A stretch of DNA of 34,060 bases. Origin: Octopus bimaculoides (lineage: Eukaryota). Positions 23,878 through 34,060 of the stretch are shown here, piece after piece. The position numbers were made by a program, and so were the translations under genes. The notes under the pieces were generated by a model. That model did not search any database. It was not told where the DNA came from and saw only the letters and a list, made by a program, of their open reading frames with translations. The stretch lies in NCBI RefSeq assembly GCF_001194135.2, contig NC_068983.1, positions 105,082,872-105,116,931 of the forward strand, given 5' to 3'. Every line of letters begins with the position of its first letter. Positions within the stretch are counted from its first letter, which is position 1.

Positions 23878-24080
23878 GGGGAGAGGTGGCAGAATCGTTG
23901 GCATGCGGTAATCCATCCGTCCTCATAGTCTGAGTTCAAATTCCGCCGAGGTCAATTTTTGCATTTTATCTTTTACGGAATCGGTGAAATAAGTACTAAT
24001 TGAAGATTGGGGTCGATTTAATCGACTTATCTCTTTTCCCGAATTTGCTGACCTTGTGCCAAAATCTGAAACAGATATTA
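23878..24080 (+). mobile_element. SINE family A
   Basis: Head ggggagaggtggcagaatcgttggc, B box gagttcaaattcc, tail ccttgtgccaaaatctgaaac. Confidence 0.9.
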
Positions 24081-24600
24081 TACCAAGACTTTTTCTCTTC
24101 TTAACTATAGAAAAATATGGGGCTATTTGTTTTTTTTTTTGGGGGGGGGGGTTACGAAAGAAGAATAAAAGGTGATGCAATACAATGACTGATCTGCAAC
24201 GGAACCGAACAGTCATCTGAGAGATGATGGAGGGGAAGTCAGAAATGGTATTGACAAGGAAGAATCACATGGAGATGGCAAACATCTATGAAAATGGAGC
24301 AATCACCATACGTGTGAGTGTGTATACACAATATCTAACGGTGGTCTTGCATGTGCTGCACAGGAGTAACAACGGGCACTAAACATATCTGTCGCTTTAT
24401 CAATCAATCACTCAATCAATCAATCTATCCATCTATCTTTCTTTCCCTCCCCCCCTCTCTCTCTCTCCACACACACATATATTCTATTTTATGAAATGTA
24501 TAAAAATATATAGAAATTGTGTGCATTTTCCTTCTTTTGTTATATATTTTTTACTACAACTCACCAAGTGGGGATATATATATATATATATATCCACTTG

Positions 24601-24638
<38 letters not shown>

Positions 24639-24754
24639 TTATGTAAATGAAGTGCTTGTTTTTTTTTCTCTTGTCTGCTGATACGATCTGTTTCCATTGA
24701 TTTTCCTTGGCGACGACATATTTTCTTCGCTTCTCTCTTACCTTGAATCCCTTC

Positions 24755-24808
24755 TCTTCCCTTTCTTCTTCTTCTTCTTCTTCTTTTTCTTCATCTTCTT
24801 CTTCTTCT
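24755..24808. repeat. (TCT)n-rich tract
   Basis: Read directly. Confidence 0.9.
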
Positions 24809-25173
24809 ACCACAACACACGTATTTTATTATGCTATTACATCCTTCACCCTCTTGCCACCAGCCGCCGCCTTCCCCACTCTTACCAACTGCTCCGCCAA
24901 CATTCTCCAATAATAGTGTCAGGACATTATGTTGGCCAAACGATATTATTCTATAAACGAGGGGATGTTTCGCTATCATGTAATTAAGCCACGGATGAGT
25001 GGATGTTTAATAAACTCTGTTCAGCTACTTAAGAACAAGCATACAGGAAATACGCCCATCCACATACACACACAAACATAGACGCATGCGCAAACATTTA
25101 TGTACGAAAACGTAAATATAAGTAACGACCAGTGACTTTCAGCCATTACATCCTTTGTCCGTTCCTTTATTTG

Positions 25174-25177
<4 letters not shown>

Positions 25178-25258
<81 letters not shown>
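25178..25258. repeat. (AC)n(AT)n
   Basis: Read directly. Confidence 0.95.
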
Positions 25259-25265
25259 CAAGAAA

Positions 25266-25323
25266 TAAGGGCAGGGAATCGTCAATTAATAATAGAATTA
25301 AGGGCAGGGAATCGTCAATTAAT
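25266..25323. repeat. 25-bp direct repeat, period 33
   Basis: taagggcagggaatcgtcaattaat occurs twice. Confidence 0.9.
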
Positions 25324-25414
25324 TCTACCGATAAATGGTCTTATATANNNNNNNNNNNNNNNNNNNNNNNNNNNNNNNNNNNNNNNNNNNNNNNNNNNNN
25401 NNNNNNNNNNNNNN

Positions 25415-25452
<38 letters not shown>

Positions 25453-25961
25453 TTCTTTTTATGTATCAGTTCATATATTTATTGGCCCACTTAGTTTATT
25501 CGCTTATTTCTCCTTTCGCTTTCATTTGTGTCATGAAGTTAACTCAAAACAAACACACATACACACATTCACATGCGCACATACATACGCACGTACATTA
25601 TCCATACAGTCCAGAACCCACAGTCGAACCTTTTTTTAGTCATTTGAAGCACCAGATGTGATAGCAATTCAGTAACTAAAGCATAATTTGATCTACTGAA
25701 ATGAAAAACTTACACTTTCGATCTCGGTGATTGTAACAACTGACAGCTTTCACGGAAAAAAAGATTCACAATTTTCATTGTGAAAAAGTGTTTTGGTGTT
25801 TATTTATCATAGCTGAATAAGATGTTCACCTGTTAGTGAATGTCTACGTGTGATAGGTTTTACATAGAATGGACTTAATGTTATCAGTCATCACACAAAG
25901 TATGCGATAAGAATCAGACACACACATACATGCGTTAAGTATGTTATTACACGCATATGTC

Positions 25962-26178
25962 AGGCGGCGAGCTGGCAGAATCGTTAGCACGCCGGGCGAA
26001 ATGCTTAGCGGTATTTCATCTGCCGCTACATTCTGAGTTCAAATTCCGCCGAGGTTGACTTTGCCTTTCATCCTTTCGGGGTCGATTAAATAAGTACCAG
26101 TTACGCACCGGGGTCGATGTAATCGACTAGCTCCCTTCCCCTCAAAATTTTCAAGACCTTGTGCCTAGAGTAGAAATA
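25962..26178 (+). mobile_element. SINE family A, young full-length copy with 18-bp TSD
   Basis: Intact A and B boxes. TSD gttattaca(c/t)gcatatgt at 25943-25960 and 26179-26196. Confidence 0.95.
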
Positions 26179-27054
26179 GTTATTACATGCATATGTATGT
26201 ATGTATGTATGTACGTATGTATGTACATATGTGTATTGTTGGATGTATATGAAGTTTTATGAAACAGTTCATTTTGTCAGAGGTAGAGAGACTAATGCGG
26301 CAACCCTATTTGTTAATAATATAAATAATATATAAATATATGCATATATCCATACATATATGTACATACCTACATCTATATGTATATATACATGCATATA
26401 TGGGTACAGGACATCGCAAAAAAAACGTTAAACACAATGAGAAACGAAAACATAAAGACGAAAACAGAAAACGAACTTTTTTCAAACAACGAAAAAAACA
26501 AACAGAGAAACGAGACATGCAACATAAAGAGTATAACCCTTCGTCAGTTGTCCCTGTTCCATTTACTCGGCGTTTCAAAGGCAAGGACAATACGCGACTT
26601 CGTTGGGACTGTCCTTCCCGCAAAGCAAATTAAATAAAATTTGGAATTTTTTGCGGAGGGTGAAAGTGTTAATTCCAAATAATTTTATATTGCTTAACAG
26701 TATTTGTTAGATACCACATGTATTTCAGTAAAGAAATTAGATTAAATTCTCAATTAATCTAATATATTCTTTGGAAATTAAATAATCGCCAATTAACGCT
26801 TTTGCACAATAAATTGTTGATTTATATGTTCATGGACTATTATATGTAGTTGCTTGTTCAAGACTTTTATTATTTATGTTACAGGATTATGTGTACAGCT
26901 GAAGATGAATTTTAGCATGATTTCTGCTTTAATTCTTATTTTCATAATTCTTCCGTAATCTCCAATAAGTTTAGCATATTCAATAAGTTTAGCGGCAATA
27001 AAATCGTTCAATGATAGTGTACTATCATTGTACATCCGAGCAGATACTTAGGTA

Positions 27055-27087
27055 TAGATAGATAGATAGATAGATAGACAGATAGAC

Positions 27088-27120
<33 letters not shown>
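27055..27120. repeat. (GATA)n
   Basis: Read directly. Confidence 0.95.
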
Positions 27121-27553
27121 TCACATTTATTTATGTCTCATATCAACTGCTTCTTCAAGAATAAAAAAAATTGTTTCACTATATTTCTCATCCATTGTCC
27201 TCTTTTCTCCTAGATTTTTTTCTCTTCCTTTCCGCTCTTTTATTACCAATTTTTGAAAAAATTCTTTTAATTCTCCATTCTACCTATGCGTCCACATTTC
27301 TTCCCTCTCTATCTCTTTAGCCCACTCCCTCTCTGTCTGTCTCTTTAGCACACTCCCCCTCTCTTTCTCTCTCTCTCTCTNNNNNNNNNNNNNNNNNNNN
27401 NNNNNNNNNNNNNNNNNNNNNNNNNNNNNNNNNNNNNNNNNNNNNNNNNNNNNNNNNNNNNNNNNNNNNNNNNNNNNNNNNNNNNNNNNNNNNNNNNNNN
27501 NNNNNNNNNNNNNNNNNNNNNNNNNNNNNNNNNNNNNNTACATGTATATACAT

Positions 27554-27626
<73 letters not shown>

Positions 27627-27719
27627 ACACTGAATACATCTATTTTGCTTACTATACTCACCTCGTGTCTCAATAAACAGCCGCAGATCAAGCAACCGAC
27701 TTCCAGTCATGCAAACAAC

Positions 27720-27910
27720 ATCCATCCAACCCTCTTGTCTATTCATCCAGCCATCCATCCCTCCATCCATTCATTCATATATCCACCCATCCATTCATAC
27801 TATGAGCACAGCCTGCTAAACATCCAACCATCTAGTCAGACATCTACCTATCCATTCATCCATCCCTTCATCCACCCATCCGTCGGTCCCCTGACACATT
27901 CATTCATTTA
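27720..27910. repeat. Degenerate (CATC)/(CATT) tract
   Basis: Read directly. Confidence 0.85.
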
Positions 27911-28234
27911 TCCAGTCAGTCGACCGTATCGATATCTCGACAACAATGATGCATCTAGCACACACGCACGGAACAGACGGACCGTTACAAGAAGTGAAGC
28001 GGAACTGCGTTTCAATGAAGCAGGCTGATACCGCTGCACACACATGACTTGCCCACCATACTGGAAACGTTGCAGATGACCGTTTGGAGGAGGGAGAAAA
28101 AGAATTAAGAATGCTGTGGTATAGATTAATATAATAGAACTGAATTCAAGATGGATTAGACGGACTTCTGGCCAATTTGTTCTTTCTCGCCTCCTTAACA
28201 TATATTTTTATTTATTTTTGGGAGATTGCTTTCA

Positions 28235-28258
28235 ATAATAATAATAATAATAATAATG

Positions 28259-28305
<47 letters not shown>
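28235..28305. repeat. (AAT)n
   Basis: Read directly. Confidence 0.95.
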
Positions 28306-28306
<1 letters not shown>

Positions 28307-29227
28307 GTGCATTGATTGAGTGGAATATTAAACTATTTTCTTCTAAATGAAGCAGAACGGAAAGAGGGATCCGATAGTCGTTTTTTTTTTAAATAGAAAC
28401 ATCGACCATTATCTATTTATTTCTATAGACCTTTTTGTTTCTTTTCTAGTTTTTTTCTTCTTTGAACAAGATGTTAACCGTTAATTTCATATTTTAATAA
28501 GGAACACTTGAAGCATAAATCTTTTTTTTTTTCTTTCAGTATTTATAAAGAAGAAAATTGTTTACTTCTTCCTCACGTCACAGTCCCTGAAGTTTTATGT
28601 AAAGAAAATAAAAATTTCTTTTCAATATATCAACCGAATAAAACTAGATAATATTGTCATTCAAACAATTAAACTCGTCTACCATCCAAATATCATTCAC
28701 CGCATATAAGCTCTCCGCAGACTGTGGATCATGTGACAGATTCAAATCAACTGTTTAGAGTTGTAGCAAATCGATTAGTTTGTTATGCTCTAGTAATAGT
28801 ATATTTATGCTTCAGTTATATCTGTCATCAATTTAACTGGCAGTTGGCGTTTATATGAGACAAGACTTATTGCAACGGGTTATGTTTAATTGATTGCCCA
28901 AACGTATATGACATCTTTAAAAAAACGCACGCTGAGCAAGGGTTTTATTTTTATCTCATGTTATTCAGTGCATTTAGCATTGATTTCGGATTCACGTGAA
29001 AAGATAAGCTTTTAACTCGAAATGAAAGAAAACATATTAAAATTAAGACATCGCACTAGTTGCATTTACTAATCAAATTATTTCGTGTTAATACCATTCA
29101 ATTATCAAGCCCTTTTTTGCCTATACTCGCAGATCCTTGAGTATCTCCGTTAATCGGTAACAAATGAAATTATATTGTGAAAGGATGTCCATTGTTTTCC
29201 GATGATGTCTGTTCTACTTGTTCAATC

Positions 29228-29355
29228 AAAGGAACGGCAGACACGTTGAATTAGCATGTAATTGGTTAAGTATTCCACAATTACATGTACTCTTAACGTA
29301 GTCCCTAGTCAGAACCAATTCAACCCAGTGTGTGACAAGGCTGTACCTTTGAATC
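29228..29355 (-). mobile_element. SINE family B, old internal fragment
   Basis: gtactcttaacgtagt..cagtgtgtgacaaggctg..ctttgaat matches 17750-17820. Confidence 0.65.
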
Positions 29356-29364
29356 ATAGATACG

Positions 29365-29478
29365 ATCCTTCCGATGGGCTTCTATGTAGATTCCATCCAT
29401 GCGGTTTCAGTCACAAGGCTGTGGTAAAAAGTAATTGCTTCACGTGCCATGGGAGAGGATCGAACCTAAGACCACACG
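29365..29478 (-). mobile_element. SINE family C, very degenerate 5' fragment
   Basis: cgatgggcttc..tcacaaggct..gtgccatgggagaggatcgaacc. Confidence 0.4.
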
Positions 29479-29494
29479 TTTTTTTTTTTTAGTA

Positions 29495-29750
29495 TATCAT
29501 CGTTTAACACCACGTGCACTTGAGCCCGTAGACCTATGATGAAAGGCTTTCTTGATGCGACCTTTACATCCTGCTCATCTGCGATATAGAAAACTTATGC
29601 TCATAGGTGATCCAACGTGCCATACTGTCTTTATGTCCCAGACAGTGTATCTAAGACTACATTATCCATTGTCTATCTTTTATCTCAGGCTAAGTGATCG
29701 TGTATAAGCTCGTGAGCTCAAGCAGAGGCTTCCTCGTTCACTCGACGAGA
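29495..29750 (-). mobile_element. Interspersed repeat family D
   Basis: gtagacctatgatgaaaggc (compare ccttggtcataagtctattc near 16960 on the other strand) and taagactacattatcc. Confidence 0.55.
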
Positions 29751-30139
29751 TGTTCTACGCTTGTGGACTATTGTCCTATGGTACCAGAATATTAATAATT
29801 AATAATGTTTCTGACACAGATTTCTTCGAAGGTAGAACACTTTAATAAGGACTTCCTAGGCATAAGATGACATATTTGAAACAGAGATTTAAGGAGTTGA
29901 TCAAAAAACTGGTAAGAAGCAGCATCAGCAAGCTGCCAAGTCATGTACAAGTGGGTGGAAAAGAACTGCCTGGACAGACATTGAAAATAATATAGCCTGA
30001 GAACAGACACAGGATTGTTTCTCACAGCACTAAATATTTCCGTACACTATTCTCTTCATTCTTGAAGTTATGGCAATGCTTCCTCAAAATTGATGATGAT
30101 ATCTTCGAAACTTTGAAATTGTCACAAAGCACGACTGAT

Positions 30140-30220
30140 ATTTTGGGGTATCTAGTTACTGTCCTTCGCGTTCTGAGTTCAAATTTCACTGAGGCAGATT
30201 TTGCATTTCATCCTACCGTA
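30140..30220 (+). mobile_element. SINE family A fragment
   Basis: cgttctgagttcaaatttcactgaggcagattttgcatttcatcc. Confidence 0.7.
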
Positions 30221-30825
30221 TGTTTTACTCAGCATATGCACTTATACTGGCTAAATCCCATATTACTCATCTCCAAAATCTGTATTGTACATATGATGCG
30301 CTTAAGTCGTAAATTGTCTACGATATTTGATCCCGTTGATAAAGAATTCAACTCCATAATTTACCCTTTGCTCATGCACAAAACTTTATAATGCAATGAC
30401 TGATTAACATACCGTTAAATATAAACCTAAGAATTTCTTAATGAAGTCAATAATTAGTAACTATTTCTTGTTAAACACTTAATCCCTCAACTAATATTGT
30501 TGATTATTATTTTAATATTTTCGAAGTTGTTTGCATGCATAGACAGATAGATAACATAAATAAAAATAGGTGTTTAGATAGACAGGTAGATAGATAGACA
30601 AAAAAGCAAAAAAAAACAGACAGATTGACAAGCAGATAGATAAGTATTAAGGTAAATACATTAATAGATAGCTGGATAAGGTTGATAGCTGTACATAACT
30701 CACACACACACACGCACGCACAAGCTACTAGTAACGGCCCTCTCCGAAACGGCTGGCTTTGCTCCAAAATTTGAAACGAATATTAAACATTATATATATA
30801 TATGCATATATATATATACATAAGC

Positions 30826-30985
30826 AAGCCTAGTGGCTAGAGTGTTGCACTCACTAGCGTAAGGTAGAGGTTTCAGTTCCCAAACCAGCTGTGCGTTGTA
30901 TTCTTGTACAAAACACTTCATTTCACATTACCCCAGTCCGCTCAGCTGTAAATGAATAACCCTACGACCGACTAGTAACCAGTGT
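30826..30985 (+). mobile_element. tRNA-derived SINE family E, degenerate
   Basis: A-box-like agcctagtggctag, B-box-like ggtttcagttccc, then gcgttgtattcttgtacaaaacacttcatttcac..cagtccgctcagctg..taaccctacgaccgactag. Confidence 0.6.
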
Positions 30986-31135
30986 ATATGCACATATTAT
31001 CCGAAGTGTACAGTATTATATATCGATCACGAAGCGTTGGTTGACTATAGAGCGGTAATAAGAAAACGAAATGACAATGGAATATACTGTTTGTCACTTT
31101 CATCCTTAAACTGAAACAATAATGTCGCTATGTGA

Positions 31136-31139
<4 letters not shown>

Positions 31140-31197
<58 letters not shown>

Positions 31198-31496
31198 NNN
31201 NNNNNNNNNNNNNNNNNNNNNNNNNNNNNNNNNNNNNNNNNNNNNNNNNNNNNNNNNNNNNNNNNNNNNNNNNNNNNNNNNNNNNNNNNNNNNNNNNNNN
31301 NNNNNNNNNNNNNNNNNNNNNNNNNNNNNNNNNNNNNNNNNNNNNNNNNNNNNNNNNNNNNNNNNNNNNNNNNNNNNNNNNNNNNNNNNNNNNNNNNNNN
31401 NNNNNNNNNNNNNNNNNNNNNNNNNNNNNNNNNNNNNNNNNNNNNNNNNNNNNNNNNNNNNNNNNNNNNNNNNNNNNNNNNNNNNNNNNNNNNNNN

Positions 31497-31544
<48 letters not shown>

Positions 31545-31555
31545 TCTCTCCCTCT
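31140..31555. repeat. (TG)n, N-gap, (CT)n
   Basis: Read directly. Confidence 0.9.
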
Positions 31556-31717
31556 CACTTCTCTGTGATGTGAAGCATGACTGGAGAATCTAACCAACAA
31601 ACCAACCATCATTCATATCAGCTATTATAAAAAGATAGAATGAATTTTTTAAATGTGTGTGCACGTGTTTGTGTATGCGTGCAACGAAGTTTATTACAGA
31701 ACACTAGCAAGCAGACA

Positions 31718-31754
31718 AATAGATAGATAGATAGATATATAGATAGATAGATAA

Positions 31755-31814
<60 letters not shown>

Positions 31815-31860
31815 GTCGGCCGGTCGACTTCACCAGACGCAAATTCAGCTTTACACTGAC

Positions 31861-31944
<84 letters not shown>
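31718..31944. repeat. (GATA)n followed by (TG)n
   Basis: Read directly. Confidence 0.95.
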
Positions 31945-31946
<2 letters not shown>

Positions 31947-32571
31947 GTTTACACACCCGTCTTCGTCTTTTGTTTTTTGTAAATTCTTACCATATATATA
32001 TATATATATGAGAAATAAAGATGGATCGGGAGATGATAGAATGATTGACGAAAGTAAGACACAACAAAAGGAGGGGTGAAGAGAGAGAGATGTGTAAGGT
32101 GGAGGGAGAGCACTCGAAAAGGTGAAGAGAATAATACCGCATGAGTTTCAGCTTACTCTGTGTCTACATGGGTAGGAAATGATGTGTACGTAATTCTGAT
32201 GAATTTACTGTGCTCACACGGGAAAAGGCTGCTTGAACAGTGCCTACCTACATTAGCGTAGTTTAAAGAGTAAAGCGACTAGTGATAATAATGAAACGTA
32301 ACCAAGTAAAAGGGTGACTCTCATGCCATAAGCTTGATAATATAATACTTAAAGGTATTGAATAAAGCGAGGGTAATTTGAGGGGCAGACATTGCGTCAT
32401 GTCATTCAATGACTGTCACAGCGATATTACAATTACGAATTATTAACTCAGACGACGACGCCTAAGCCATCATCTACTTATGGGTAATAACCCCCGAGGC
32501 AATGCTCCACTAGATTTACCCTCAATTATTAACGCTAACCCAACAAAATGTACGTCAATAAATGTTTTAAC

Positions 32572-32699
32572 TCTCTCCTCTCTCTCTCTCTCTCTCTCCC
32601 CTCTTTCTCTCTCTCTCCCCCTCTCTCTCTCCCTCGCCTACACTATCTGTCTGTCTGTCTCCTGCTCTATTCTCTCTCCACTTCTCTCTCAATTTCTCC

Positions 32700-32736
<37 letters not shown>

Positions 32737-32739
32737 TCC
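32572..32739. repeat. (CT)n-rich tract before the largest gap
   Basis: Read directly. Confidence 0.9.
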
Positions 32740-33457
32740 NNNNNNNNNNNNNNNNNNNNNNNNNNNNNNNNNNNNNNNNNNNNNNNNNNNNNNNNNNNNN
32801 NNNNNNNNNNNNNNNNNNNNNNNNNNNNNNNNNNNNNNNNNNNNNNNNNNNNNNNNNNNNNNNNNNNNNNNNNNNNNNNNNNNNNNNNNNNNNNNNNNNN
32901 NNNNNNNNNNNNNNNNNNNNNNNNNNNNNNNNNNNNNNNNNNNNNNNNNNNNNNNNNNNNNNNNNNNNNNNNNNNNNNNNNNNNNNNNNNNNNNNNNNNN
33001 NNNNNNNNNNNNNNNNNNNNNNNNNNNNNNNNNNNNNNNNNNNNNNNNNNNNNNNNNNNNNNNNNNNNNNNNNNNNNNNNNNNNNNNNNNNNNNNNNNNN
33101 NNNNNNNNNNNNNNNNNNNNNNNNNNNNNNNNNNNNNNNNNNNNNNNNNNNNNNNNNNNNNNNNNNNNNNNNNNNNNNNNNNNNNNNNNNNNNNNNNNNN
33201 NNNNNNNNNNNNNNNNNNNNNNNNNNNNNNNNNNNNNNNNNNNNNNNNNNNNNNNNNNNNNNNNNNNNNNNNNNNNNNNNNNNNNNNNNNNNNNNNNNNN
33301 NNNNNNNNNNNNNNNNNNNNNNNNNNNNNNNNNNNNNNNNNNNNNNNNNNNNNNNNNNNNNNNNNNNNNNNNNNNNNNNNNNNNNNNNNNNNNNNNNNNN
33401 NNNNNNNNNNNNNNNNNNNNNNNNNNNNNNNNNNNNNNNNNNNNNNNNNNNNNNNNN

Positions 33458-33697
33458 TCCCTCTATGTTTAACCGCTTGTGGGCAATAACGAAATAGGTA
33501 TTTCGTCTGCCGTTACGTTCTGAGTTCAAATTCCGCCGAGGTCGACTTTGCCTTTCATCCTTTCGGGGTCGATAAATTAAGTACCAGTTACGCACTGGGG
33601 TCGATGTATTCGACTTAATCCGTTCGTCTGTTCTTGTTTGTTCCCTCTATGTTTAACCGCTTGTGGGCAATAACGAAATAGGTATTTCGTCTGCCGT
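33458..33697 (+). mobile_element. Tandem headless SINE family A units, period 184 nt
   Basis: 33458-33513 is identical to 33642-33697. The junction gaaatag|gtatttc occurs at 33497/33498 and 33681/33682. Confidence 0.9.
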
Positions 33698-34060
33698 GGA
33701 GGCGCAATGGCCCAGTGGTTAGGGCAGCGGACTCGCGATCATAGGATCGCGGTTTCGATTCCCAGACCGGGCGTTGTGAGTGTTTATTGAGTGAAAACAC
33801 CTAAAGCTCCACGAAGCTCCGGCGGGGGATGGTGGCGAACCCTGCTGTACTCTTTCACCACAACTTTTTTCTCACTCATTCTTCCTGTTTTTGTTGTGCC
33901 TGTATTTCAAAGGGTCCAGCCTTGTCACACTGTGTCACGCTGAATATCCCCGAGAACTACGTTAAGGGTACACGTGTCTGTGGAGTGCTCAGCCACTTGC
34001 ACGTTAATTTCACTAGCAGGCTGTTCCGTTGATCGGATCAACTGGAACCCTCGACGTCGT
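33698..34060 (+). mobile_element. SINE family B, near full length, cut by the window end
   Basis: Head ggaggcgcaatggcccagtggttagggcagcgg (A box), B box ggtttcgattccc, and 3' stem-loop gttccgttgatcggatcaactggaac at 34023-34048. Confidence 0.95.

Noticed and set aside
24743-24806. Glu-rich exon candidate (EEEEDEEK..GFK|gtaaga)
   Set aside because: It is a (GAA)n microsatellite with a poor acceptor.
24886-24950. Dynein AAA5-like motif (FG..LLLENVG) in a candidate exon
   Set aside because: Spacing and flanking residues do not fit (no EELDP), so no gene name was assigned.
25962-26060. tRNA genes suggested by A and B boxes (also at 33698 and 23159)
   Set aside because: No closed acceptor stem was seen. 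They continue into SINE bodies and tails, and some are bounded by TSDs.
15-33595. Most ORFs in the supplied track (poly-HT, CV, YI, SL, I, N and X-filled)
   Set aside because: They are translations of microsatellites or N-gaps read through as X, not genes.
2595-33697. Strand bias of family A SINEs as evidence of host-gene orientation
   Set aside because: The counts on the two strands are about equal once the 13.6-14.4 kb stack is accounted for.

Overview
AT-rich eukaryotic draft-assembly DNA with 11 N-gaps (2328-2393, 4333-4853, 11747-11941, 13560-13569, 15532-15785, 17929-17938, 19405-19673, 25348-25414, 27381-27538, 31198-31496, 32740-33457) and very dense microsatellites. The repeat families look like those of an octopus genome; this assignment is from recall, not a search. 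No complete protein-coding gene, rRNA, genuine tRNA or CRISPR array is supportable. The window is a transposon graveyard: more than 30 SINE copies from about five families (my labels A-E; A, B, C and E tRNA-derived, D unclassified), plus decayed R4/Dong-like, RTE, Penelope-like and Tc1/mariner elements. Nearly all ORFs in the supplied track come from microsatellites, N-runs or repeats. I did not find a clearly new biological system. The best leads are a fixed 184-nt headless SINE concatemer junction seen at two loci, a four-SINE stack separated by copies of one 15-bp target, inverted SINE pairs, and unresolved small-exon candidates.
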